A DNA stretch of 63,029 bases, the filler included, from Nemertoderma westbladi (Eukaryota; Animalia; Xenacoelomorpha), in NCBI GenBank assembly GCA_032718475.1. It is 3 parts of 3 records of this genome, joined end to end, with 100 filler letters (N's around TTAATTAATTAA, not from the genome) between each part and the next. Parts side by side here need not be neighbours in the genome. Positions count along the whole stretch, not along the records: positions 30,457 to 52,780 come from JAUCBJ010006051.1; positions 52,881 to 63,029 come from JAUCBJ010005777.1; 1 more part is not named here. One strand, written 5' to 3'. Each line of letters opens with the position of its first letter. Positions within the stretch are counted from its first letter, which is position 1. Below, in pieces: positions 50,901 through 62,319 of the stretch. The notes under the pieces are model-generated. The model worked only from the letters and a program-made list of their open reading frames with translations. It did no database searches and was not told the origin of the DNA. The position numbers and the translations under genes were made by a program.

Positions 50901-52780
50901 TATTTCAAGGAGACCTGCCCTTATAATACTGTAAATGTAAAAATGAAATCTCAGACAGCCGGGAGAAAATTTTAGATACATTTTCGATAATTGTTGGATA
51001 GCCTGTGCACAAATTGGATAACTGTTGCATAGGTGCAAAAATTGGATAACTGTTGGATGGCCTGTGCAAAAATTGGATAACTGTTGGATAGCCTGTCCAA
51101 AAATTGGATAACTGTTGGATAGCCTGTGCAAAAATTGTATAACTGTTAATAACCGGTAACACGTTCGTGGGGCCATCGCGCAGGACGAGGCTCAGTTATC
51201 AGATACAGATTAAAAATGAGCGACTGTATCACAAAATCAGGTTTTGAGAAATTTACCCACACCACCAATCAATTAAAGAAAGGGGGACAGTACGTGTTCA
51301 CCCCTTTTAATCTGCATCCCCCCTCACCCTTCCCACCCACCAGTAATTTATAACTACCGATGCCTTCAATAGGCGAAGCCAGGTATGGTTTATAGGAATA
51401 TAATCAACGCAGTAGGCAGCACTCGTCTTCATTATTATAAACGTCGTTGTGCTCGTCCTGTTTTGTATTTAAACATATTTCCTAAACGCAGACTGACGGA
51501 CGATCTTTATAACTACCGATGCCTTCAATAGGCGCAGCCAGGTATGGTTTATAGGAATATAGTCTACGCAGTACTGGTCTTCATTATATGCCTCGTTGCG
51601 CTCGTCGCTCGTCCTGTTTTGCATTAAAATATTTTTCCTAAACCAAGACTGACAATCTTTATACAGTTATAACTATGCGAAGTTTTGAAACTGTGCGAGT
51701 AACTGCTGATACATCTATGTGGAGATGTGTGATACAACGCCAACGCATCGTATGCCGATGTAGTATTATGGGTATTGAAATAATATTAAATCAATGTACA
51801 CTCTTAAAGCTGCAGCGATAATATGTAGTTATTTTCCTAGGTTACATAAAAATTAATAATATTATTTTTAAGAACATTAATTTTACTACTTTGCAAAAAT
51901 TCAATTAAAAAAGAACCAGACAAATATATTGCGGAATAAACTATTTCAGATATAAGCCTACAACAGCCATGAGTAATTATGTCATTAAATCTTCTGTCAC
52001 CTGAGATAGTAAGTAATACAACATTTATAGTATAGAGTCAATAGGAATTGAAATACAGGCAGTGTGGTTGGAGTTATGTCTGTGTTGCTATAGCAATACT
52101 ACTGGCTGCCTATTACAGTACAATTCCCCTCTGCCCTGGTAAGGCTACACAAACATCTCCCAGCCAGCTAGCAGCTCTACACCCCCGCAGAGACTATGTT
52201 GACCAATAATGAGAAGGATTAAATTTGTACTCAATAATTGTGCCGCTTTAATTACGTTTAGATAAATTAAAGACACATTTATTAAAGCAAATCACTTACA
52301 GCTGTATAACTTTTATGTATAATTATTTAAATCTTATACTAGAAAAAAATTAATATCCTTTAAGGAGGCAGGTTGAAATTGATGTTGTTACCCTAATCAA
52401 CTTAATTAACTAATTAAGTGCTATTATCTTAGCTTCTCGAAGGCCACGCGAAAATTCAACTTGGAAAATTTCTAAACTTTGGCCAGACTATATGTGTACC
52501 AAGTTTGGTTAAATTTCATTAACATTTGGCTGAGTTATTACCGTTTAAAATTGGACACAACAGATCGACAGATCAACAGACACACCGATTGAGTTAGTGG
52601 TACCTGTATGCTAAGCTCGCTTACTTTCGTCACTCGCCCCACAACTGTCAGTAAATATTACTATCCATTTATTACAGTACAAGGTTGACTGATTGAAGCG
52701 CAATAATCCCCATTTACCTAGATAAATAATGCAAATCTTACTTAACGCTGGCCCATTGACTGATCTCGGTAAATAATGTA

Positions 52781-52880
52781 NNNNNNNNNNNNNNNNNNNN
52801 NNNNNNNNNNNNNNNNNNNNNNNNTTAATTAATTAANNNNNNNNNNNNNNNNNNNNNNNNNNNNNNNNNNNNNNNNNNNN
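52781..52880. other. Artificial contig linker
   Basis: Same N44-TTAATTAATTAA-N44 structure as 30357-30456. Confidence 0.97.
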
Positions 52881-52975
52881 TCAGGGTGGACATGAGAACA
52901 CTCTACTCCTAACCAGCCATTGGTAGATCACCATCTGCCTGGTCAGGCCATATACGCCTGCAGCCAAGTATATGG
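52881..52975 (-). mobile_element. Fragment of RTE 5' UTR (same family as 30457-32735)
   Basis: Matches 32508-32602 with 2 substitutions. Confidence 0.9.
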
Positions 52976-55587
52976 AGCCAAGTATATGTTAGAGGCAGAA
53001 CGACTCCAAATCCCACCTCTGAATATTACAATCGATCCACCATTGAACCAACGGCAATTCAACTCGTGCCAATGTGGTGTTTATTTATGCCGATTTGCAA
53101 AGATGTGTATCGAACGTGGTTCTCCATGAGACATAAACGACCACACAATCCAACTCTATCGTGAGTCTCTACTAGAAGAGTTGGAGTCGATAACCGGAAC
53201 ATCCGCCATCCCACAACCCCATCAGCAGCTCGAAACCACAAATTCTGCGTTTTCACAAGACGAGGAAATTCAAAACAACCAATGTCACTGTCCAATATGT
53301 GGTAAAAGTGTCAGATTGAATATCAACAGCACGATTCGGGTTCATGGGCCAACAGCCAGCAGATGCTTGGGTTCTGGTAAACACGGACCAAATAAAGGAT
53401 CAGCCAATCTGGGAGAACAATACATTGAAGATCCACAAAACCCGTCACAAACAAGGGAGAACGGCCCACCATAGTCCATTGTAACCACTTCTATCAATCT
53501 GGACACAGAATCCATCATACAAGTGTTGCTTAGAAAGCGTTCAAAGCAACTCAAACATGTGCCCAAGGCATCCAGAGCCAACTTTGCAGATCTACTATCT
53601 GAGACACTTACATCCATTGCCTCAGACCCATCGTCGGTTGAAAACTGGATGAAGCTTCTTGTGGTAGGCCACCGCTGCATTGCGGCCCCTAAGCGAGGAG
53701 GAAAGCGGCAACAGCGCTCACTGGCATCCCAAGTGAATAGGAACATCTCCGCCTTCCGCACCAGCTCCCCTTTCTGCTCATCTCCCACGGATAATAACAG
53801 CAGACCTACTCGACGCTGCCCAGATCGGAATAATATATGTCTCGCCACAGCAATGACTGAGAAGATCGAGGATGGGGGTGTAAAGGGGGCCATTCGTCTT
53901 GCTTCATCCAAGGATACGATGGCTCCCAATAACCCTGAGACTCTGCAAGCCCTGAGGACGAAGCATCCATCAAGTCCCTCAGATAGACGAGATCCCCCAC
54001 CTCCAGTAGAGGAGACTACAACACCCTGTTCACCACAAGTACTCCGCAAGCTAATTGGCTCATTCCCAAGTGGCAGTGCGGGAGGGCCAGATGGAATAAG
54101 ACCCCAAATTCTAAAGGACCTAATCGCACCAAACAATGGAGAATCATCGACACGGCTACTCACTTCTCTTAGTAAGTTCGTAGATACGGTGGTCGCCGGA
54201 AAAATACCAGGAGAAATTTGTCCGATATTCTTCGGAGCCAACCTGTTCGCATTTACAAAGAGTTCTGGGGGAATACGACCAATCGCCATGGAAATGACCC
54301 TGCGACATCTCTGCTCCAAATATATAGGTTCATTAGTTAAAGAGCAACGATCAGCATCGTATGGAACCATCCAGCTTGGAATAGGGACCAAGAACGGCGG
54401 TGAAGCAGCGGCTCATGCCACCAGGACTTTTGTCTCAACAGACCACGGCAGTAGTTCAGTGTTGCTAAAAGTTGATTTCAGTAATGCTTTTAACACCCTC
54501 CGCAGCGACTCCCTCCTCGAGACGATCCACGACAATTACCCAAGTATCTACAACTATACCAGGGCAGGTTATGGCGATTACAGTTTCCTCATCCATGGAG
54601 AGACACTGTTTCGCTCCGAAGAAGGCCCCCAACAGGGAGATCCCGAAGGCCCTGCCATTTTTGGGGATACCACAAACAAGTTAAACCACTCCATGGAATC
54701 AGAATTCAATATCTGGTACCTCGATGTTGGTAATGTGGCGGACAGTTACGAGGTTGTCCTCCATGACCTTCGGACAATCATAGTGGAGGGGAAGAAGTGC
54801 GGGCTCACGTTAAACACAAGGAAGTGGGGGCTGTTTTTCCTTGGGGATCCATCCACAGAAGAGCGTGCCCACATCCACGGCGAATTCAATGCCATATGTG
54901 AGGGAATTTTAGTCCCGGACCTAACAAACCTCACCATGCTGGGTGCCCAATAGGTAATTCAGCCTTGGAATGCTGTCTGGAGTCCAAGGTGGCCAACCTG
55001 CAAACCCTGAGCGGCAGCCTGTCTCTTTTAGACAGTCACCATGCCTTCTTTCTCCTAAAGAACTCCTTCGCCATCCCCCGCCTCATTTACTTTCTCCGCT
55101 CTGCCCCGTGCTTCGACTTCCCACTATTCTTCGAGCAATACGACCAGGTCCAGCGCTCTGCGCTCCAGGAACTCACCAACACCGAGATTACCAACTCAGC
55201 CTGGATCCAGGCCTGTCTCCCGGCCCTAGTGGGAGGTCTTGGATTGAGCTCTGCTAAACAGCTCGCACCATCTGCCTATCTGGCTTCAGCGGCTGCTTGC
55301 AGGCCTCTATCCACCCTCCTCTACAACCTAGAGATTCCTCCCTCCCCCATTACAGACACCACCCCCACCACTCCAGGAGACCTCCCTCACTGTAGCGATG
55401 CGATCTCGCTCAAGGCCCTGAGTCTCTGGGACTCCTCCATCGTCCCAGATACCGCCCCACCAACCAACGGGAAGTAGAGTTCCTGGACGATGACAATCCA
55501 CCAGAGGAACCTCGCTTCTCTCCGGGAATCCGCATCCCAAACAGACCTCGCACGGTTGAATGCCCTGGAGGATCTGAGGGATAACAT
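52976..55587 (+). mobile_element. Decayed CRE-clade (R2-group) non-LTR retrotransposon: Ulp1-like protease remnant, Zn finger, RT; truncated before the RLE endonuclease
   Basis: CPICGK...RVHG...C finger. RT motifs SAGGPDGIRPQ, GGIRPIA, QLGIGTKNGGEAAAH, KVDFSNAFN, GPQQGDP, WYLDV (mutated YLDD), LPALVGGLGL. Two in-frame stops and a frameshift at ~54950. Confidence 0.85.
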
Positions 55588-55738
55588 TATTTACAAAAAG
55601 AAAGAAAACCCTCGACAATGTTCATGTAACGTTGTGTATTTATTATACAGTATAATATAATAAATATGAATTGAATATTAAAATAAATAAAATAGATTAT
55701 ATAAAGAAAAAAAAGTAAAAAATATAAAATTAATAGAT

Positions 55739-55930
55739 ACACCTTTTTCAAACGCTTGTAGCTAAAGAATGAAAGCGAAAATAAAAATTCTGGCTCACCC
55801 GGCAAGGTGGAGGGAGGTGAAACTATCTCTGTTTCAAATTTCATGCAATCTCACTAAGATTTGTAGAAAAATTTGGGGGGGGGGGGGGGAGGTACCTGAA
55901 TAACGACACTATATTCCAGGACATGGTGTA
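55739..55930. mobile_element. Third copy of the dispersed DNA-transposon fragment
   Basis: Matches 2054-2251. Confidence 0.8.
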
Positions 55931-56254
55931 CATAGATAGAAATATTAATGTACTGTAGAATTAATTGTAGCTGAAAGACTGTCTAACAGTTTGTATCAGA
56001 CTATCTGATATTTAGCGCCCCATGGGTAAATCATTACCCCATGGGCTGTTACCTCTCTGACTGACAGCGCAACAGCCCCTATAGACAAGTGAGCTACGAT
56101 GCATGATTAATTACTGTTTTCCTATTGGCTTTGGCAGATCAGTTAGGGCTGTCAACAGTCTTGCAGTGTCAACAGCTCCTTTTAATACATAATAGTTGGC
56201 ATGCTGAGAACCTTGCGATGTAGCCCGATCGGGCTATAAGACATGTGATTTTCC

Positions 56255-57140
56255 ATCTGTAATGTCTTTGGAAGGAATTGTTGATGCAGGTAAAACCGAG
56301 TTTATTCAGGTGTTCCACGAGTGATGAACCGCGGTTGCCGCTGTCGAGTCCACAGTTGAAATCACCACCGAGCACTGCGGGGAGATTTACGGATCTGCGT
56401 AGTTTAGTGCGGTAGAGATGGATAGCATTGTATTTTCCAGCGCAGGGGAAAATAAAATACGGCGAAAGTGAACACATCAGGTTTAATTACTACAGTATGT
56501 AGGACTTGTCTTGAGCGAGTATAGAAGGGTTGAGGTTTGGTTTGCACAATATTAACAAACCACTACTCGGCCAGTGTAACAGGCTTAGATAACTCCCCAC
56601 CAAATATGACTCCCCGGTCTTCTCAGCCTAGGCTGAGAACACTCCCCAGTTTTCTCCCTAGATTTCTTAATTAACGGAAAGGAACAGATTATAGTGGCGG
56701 GCTTTTCTAACCAAAACAATAAACGATAACTCAATAACATAGGTTACAGTTTTATTTTTGCAATATACGAAAGTAACACAGGTACAGATATGAATTATAA
56801 CTCAATTAGGGGAGTAATCTCAGCCTAAGGGGGAGTAATCTCAGCCTAGGAATGTTCTCAGCCTAGGCTGAGATAACTGGGGAGTGTTCTCAGCCTAGGC
56901 TAAGATAACTGGGGAGTATTCTCAGCCTAGGCTGAGATAACTGGGGAGTTTTCTCAGCCTAGGCTAAGATAACTGGGGAGTGTTCTCAGCCTAGGCTGAG
57001 ACGACTGAGGAGTCATTTCAAGAGGGAGTTATCTCAATCTCAGCCTTTGTACACCGGCCTCGTGAGGGTTTGGTAGTAGGTGAGGGGAATGGGTAGTAAT
57101 TACTAGTTGCGGTAGAAGTTGAGGTTTCAGTTAGGAGAAC
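56255..57140 (-). mobile_element. LINE APE endonuclease remnant split by a MITE
   Basis: LLTET...PSRG|RPSSGLLIL...LPAVLGGDFNC...LGFTCIN, read across the insertion. Confidence 0.7.
56569..57059. mobile_element. MITE with ~28-bp imperfect TIRs and internal 32-bp palindromic repeats
   Basis: Left end GGCCAGTGTAACAGGCTTAGATAACTCCC; right end reverse complement GGCCGGTGTACAAAGGCTGAG..ATAACTCCC. CTCAGCCTAGGCT(G/A)AG at 56857, 56889, 56921, 56953 and 56985. Confidence 0.8.
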
Positions 57141-57259
57141 TACAGTACCTATTGAGCCGCTCGGAATAGTAAGATCGCCCGACTTCCAACCCAAGTGTCA
57201 CCAGTTCGACGATTTTACTTGGCCGTAGATTCGATTCAGTTTGGAGAACTACAGTATAT

Positions 57260-58224
57260 CAGTCACCGAAGAATGTTTGAAAGAGATTCAGGAATGGATG
57301 AGGGAGCACTTCTTGAAGTTGAATACCGATAAAACTGAAACAATTTTGTTACAATCACGCTATGTGGCACCTCCACATCACATGAATGGTGCAATACAAG
57401 TGGGTGATGATTTGGTGCCAATAAGCGAATGGACTAAGAGTCTAGGTGCCATTTTTGACACCAACTTCACAATGGTTAGACATATTAACGCGACCGTGCG
57501 ATGTTGTTTCTTTCATTTAAGAAGAATCGCGAAAATCTGAAACTGTTTTGACAGTCGTACCTTGGAAACAATGGTGCACACGTTCATTACCAGTAGATTG
57601 GACCAAAACAACTCTCTTTATTATGGTCTACCAAAGAACCTTATCGGCAAACTACAGAAAGTTCAAAACGCCTCAGCACGTCTGATAAAACGCATCCGCA
57701 AGAGAGATCCTATTACCCCTACACTGAAGGAATTACATTGGCTGCCAGTAGAGAGAATGATCGAGTATAAGATTGCACTACTAACATATAAGTGCGTTAA
57801 TCATTTGGCTCCAAGTTACTTGGCCGAATTATTGGATCGATATGAACCATATCGTACCTTAAGAACAAGTGGTGCTGGACTGTTACGCATTCCAACGTGT
57901 AGACTTACCTATTATGGTAGACGGTCGTTCTCCTTTGCAGCTCCAACGGTGTGGAACTCACTACCCTCGAAAATCAGAGACTCTCCCACTCTTGATTCGT
58001 TTAAGGCTCAGCTAAAAACCCATCTCTTCATAAGGCAATACGGGAATTAAGTTTCTCAGCGTGTTTTTAAACTTTTAAATTCATTAATGACCGATCTCTT
58101 TGTAAAGCAATACTTTTTAATGTTTTTAAAAATTTTAAATCGTTAAATTTTGTGCAGTGCAGCGCCTTTGATCATCACGTTAAAGGCGCTATATAAATTT
58201 TTATTATTATTATTATTATTATTA
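57260..58224 (+). mobile_element. 5'-truncated L2 LINE with intact 3' end
   Basis: LKLNTDKTE, SRLDQNNSL, LHWLPV, FSFAAPTVWNSLP, FKAQLKTHLF; 3' stem-loop AGCGCCTTT..AAAGGCGCT, then ATATAAA and a (TTA)n tail. Confidence 0.92.
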
Positions 58225-60064
58225 TATCTGAGTTTACAGTATGTAGAGATATACCTCACTATGATGATCTATGAGGAATTGCAGGCCTTCTACATTCCAA
58301 AGTACAAGGCTTTACAATCGTATTATTTATTTATTAATAAACCGTCAGTCAGCTGCACCTGCCAGCACTCACCTCACGGCAACTCTTTACAGGGGGGGGG
58401 GGGGGGGGGGGGTGGGGGTGGGGTGGGGGTGACAGAGGTTGCTGCAACACTATACAATAGGCCTACATAACCATTACAGTAGGCCTACATAATCACTACA
58501 GTACAGGCCCACATTTTATAGGGTACAGTACAGCTACTACTGTATAAACACTTTTCGAAAATATATCATTTATTTATACGTAATGAAGGCAATATTGAAA
58601 AAATAAATCATTACACAGTAGGCCTACTGCAGTAGCACGACCTGGGAGAAAGTGCCATTATGTTGTCCATGTGGCTTCAGTAGGCCTATGGGTGAACCTT
58701 GGAGTACGCAGTAAAGGCCTACTGCTCCAATGAATAAATACTATACAGTACGCTCGGTTAAGGTTAAAACTTGTAAATAATTATCATTATACATAAAGTA
58801 ATTTGTGATTGATTTTGTTATTTGGGCTGTTATTTTGCGTTATTCTGTTGGATATGGATTCTATACCGTGGCTACAACATAAATATAAATTTATATAGTG
58901 CAGTACTGTAAGCACGGTAATTTAGTTATCTTTTTATTATTTTTTATTACCTCTGATCGTTGAACGAGTTTGGTACGATTCGTTGCACGATTTCTATTTC
59001 ATCCGCTATTTGCCATGCAATAAGTTATTGATTGTACCAAATAGTAGCAAATAGTTCGGACACTGTTTTTCGATAGCAAACAGTAGTTTTTATCTTAAAG
59101 CAAATTTCAGACAATTTTTCAGTTTTAGTTTATTTCATTTGAAATTTACATTTTTTTACATACATACAGTACTGTACTGTACATGGCAAAATACCAACAT
59201 GACTTTGATTTTCTACTGACAGGAAGCTGGAATTGAATAATAAAGTCTGTTTTCAGTTTGGTAGCGTCTTCGGTCACGGGATTGTATGGTTGGGACTATA
59301 TCTCATTGATCTGTTTCCTCTTCCACATTGGAGTTATTCTCTCTCTCTGGTACTAGTAGGCCTACATAGTGTACTTTATGATAGCGGGCCTTCGAAACAG
59401 AAGGCCAGCAGTAAGTTATCATCGAGCAATTGCTGTAGGGCCGAGCTCCAAATGCCCATTTTTGTGTCTCAGAAGTCAGAAGGCATATGGGCTTCCGAGA
59501 ACCACACACACCCCACCACAATTATTGGAAAACGGCCATAGTATAATACCGGCTCGAATAAAAGTTAGACCTGGAAATACTAAACTCAAACTGATGATAT
59601 CGCGTATTTCTTCATAATAAATTGGTTATTTTCAGGACTACAGTACCTATTGAGCCGCTCGGAATAGGTAAATTTGGATTTATTTCCGTAAATTCCTTCT
59701 AAAAACTGGTGTTTTTTGTTTAACAATGTTAATAAATAGGCCTGCAGTACCTTTAATTATAAATTTACAATTTAGAGTGTTTGCATATCTGGTGTATTAT
59801 GGCGGAGTTATGGCTAAAAACGAATTGATGGCCTCTAATAGGCCTATATAAAAGAACATAGCAGAGTAGACTTATTCGACAAATCAGTTAACCCTTTGCG
59901 TACCAAAGATAAATTACATTATCTTTTCCTCCCAAGAAAAAAATATACAATATTTGATCAGACCATGGGTTAATATCTTGTTGAGATTTTCACTCCAGAG
60001 ATTTTTACATAAAATCAGGATAACTATATTACAACTTATCCTATAAAGAAATAAACTACTCATA

Positions 60065-60740
60065 ATGTATACTGGAGTCTTTGTTATCGCAATCACTCTG
60101 ATTAACAATTCGGTTGGCAAAATCTACATTAACAACTTCTGTACGAATCCCACAGCTACTGCGTTGTCTACAACCTCTCCCTCTACCGCTTTATGTAACA
60201 TTAAGTGCGAACAAAGGGACCAGTGTACGGCTTTCAGTTACAACGAAGGGGTCTGTAAGCTTTACTACGAAAGCTGTCTTGAAAGAATGGACAGCTGGTA
60301 TGTTGATACATTAGAAAGAAGATGGATTAGTACAAAAAAAGGTGAGATGCGTTCATTATTTATCAGATATTATATGGTAAAAAATATTCTAGATCCAGTC
60401 GCATTGCCGGTTCACACAAATAAATTACACTTCTGTATTTTGTATATCACGTTTGTTTCCATTCCAGTTAAATGGGTGACAAAGTTTCGTTCTCCTTGCC
60501 ACAAAAGTTTCATAAGAGAAGTGAATCTAACGACTCAAACAGACATCAGCTCTTACAATGAATGTATGGAGGAATGCGGTGACAATCATCTATGCAGAGC
60601 GGTTGTTTGGGCCTGGAATGCAGTAAATTTCTGTGGATTCGAAACTGGCGGAGATTCAGACACCAAACTTAGTACTATCGTCGACACCTACGGTGACGAT
60701 GTCGCCTACTTTGATAAGATCGATGACATTCCATTTCGCT
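60065..60740 (+). CDS. Secreted PAN/apple-domain protein, first two coding exons (60065-60341 and 60468-60740); the gene probably continues downstream
   Basis: Hydrophobic N-terminus; two C-x3-C-x5-C-x-A modules (CNIKCEQRDQCTAF, CMEECGDNHLCRAV); AG|GTGAGA donor, TTCCAG| acceptor and |GTAAGT donor; both introns phase 1. Confidence 0.78.
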
Positions 60741-60798
60741 GTAAGTTTGAATAAATGTGCCAATATACAGTTCAATGACAGCAGATCTTTATGTACAG

Positions 60799-61035
60799 TA
60801 AAAAAAAAGCAAACAGTCGGCCGAGTCCGGAGGCGACCCAAAGGCTCCTCTTTCGATAGCTGCTACTCGAGGGTAGGGGTGGGCGCTACGACTATCCCAT
60901 GATTTGCTCCCAGTTATTTAACTGGTACTCATTTTATCGACCCCAGTGGATGAAAGGCTGAGTGGACCCTGGCGGGGCTGAACCTACAAACACTAGATTG
61001 CAGGCCCGGTGCTCATCCAACTGAGCTACCCCGCC
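60799..61035 (-). mobile_element. tRNA-derived SINE with Nin/Deu-type core
   Basis: Minus strand: A box TAGCTCAGTTGG, degenerate B box GGTTCAGCCCC, core CACTCAGCCTTTCATCC..GGGGTCGATAAAATGAGTACCAG, T-rich tail. Confidence 0.82.
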
Positions 61036-62319
61036 GTTTTTTTTTCTTTTTTTTTTGTGTTTTCGCGTTGCTATACAGAAATTCACACATATTAACAGAC
61101 AGTTTTTGCGCGGGAAGGTTCAACTTTAAAGGCAATTATCTCGGAATGGTATTTTTAAATTTTCAAAACACCAGTCCTCCGCCATTTATAAACTAATTTG
61201 TAAGTTTTTGGTATCAAATGAAAGCTACTAGTGTGCGCAATAATAAAATTAGAGCAGTTTTTTATAGTTTTGCAATAAATTGTTCATCTGTTATCACATT
61301 TTTTACGAATAAAAACAGTGCATTTTTTAAAAAATATTTTGAAAAATAGCGGTATTTTCCTTGAAAAGTTTTCACGTAATTGGCCACGGCCATGTTGATT
61401 CCAAAACAAAACAGGTTACAACTTCTGAAAATAAAGCATAACAAAGGAGTAGCACCCCCCCCCCCCCCCCCCCCCCCCCTTAAGTTAAAAAACCAAATCA
61501 ATCTCACAACTCTCTTATCAGCTGTTTGAGTCGATTTCCCTCTGAATGATTAGGTATGAATGGCGCCCGTTTTGATAGATGCGGAAGCAAATTTCTTGGC
61601 AAACTGAGACTAAAATAATAAAATGATTTAACATAAAAAACAAAAAGTAATAATTCGAAATAATAACAATGATTAATATTAGTCAGGCGCGCCCGCGCCG
61701 ATTAGAAATAAGAATCCCTATAATTATTAACGGCGCGACTTTATAGTAAAATTCTTAAGATTGAGCGGGGCGATGGACAATAACTACAGTAGTTGTGTTG
61801 AAGCAATAATGATTATGATCCTTGTGGGACTCCCGCTAATGTAAGCAACCAACCCGACTGTGTATCACTAATAATAGTTGTTCGAGAGGTAGTCGGTTAG
61901 CCATTCTAACAGGATACTGCAGGTTTATTATTGGAGGGTCCGGTTATTCTTTAAGAATCATCATGCTAGGTTTATCTAGCTAGGTCTTGCTAGGCCTAAA
62001 CCAGCGGGACTCCTATCTGAATCCCCGAAGACATATCGGCCCTTTCGGAGGATCTCAAGTAAGACAATACGCGTGGCCACATTAACAGTATTCGCTTCTT
62101 ACTGTCTTGGATTTAATAGACAAAGGTAATTGGATACATACTGTAATAGATATGCTGAGATAAATTAATAATATTACGGAGATTCATATTCAGTCGGGGA
62201 TATTTATCCTGGGTTACCGGTGCGTTTAACACTATCTGCGATCTGGCCTGGGCTATATTACTACAGTACTTAATTGGCCCGTGGTGAGGAGGGGGGGGGG
62301 GGGGGGGGGGGGGGGGGTG

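Larger units (their letters stand above)
46789..52780. repeat. ~3.36-kb tandem duplication (copy A 46789-50151; copy B 50152-52780, cut by the contig end)
   Basis: Near-identical sequence and ORF-track duplicates (46979..47260 versus 50335..50616). Confidence 0.95.

Noticed and set aside
53342-54391. 349-aa antisense ORF, plus similar antisense ORFs over gag and APE regions
   Set aside because: Shadow frames of real retroelement ORFs with no recognisable motifs.
57139-59668. 31-bp direct repeat ACTACAGTACCTATTGAGCCGCTCGGAATAG at 57139 and 59638; the second copy is flanked by AG/GT like a micro-exon
   Set aside because: More simply explained as dispersed DNA-transposon end fragments (TACAGTA start). 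No supporting gene structure.
60971-61035. tRNA gene on the minus strand
   Set aside because: Degenerate T-loop/B box and continuity with a SINE core indicate a SINE head.
58392-62318. Long G/C homopolymers as G-quadruplex signals
   Set aside because: They are scattered throughout the window, vary in length between duplicate copies, and are prone to sequencing error.
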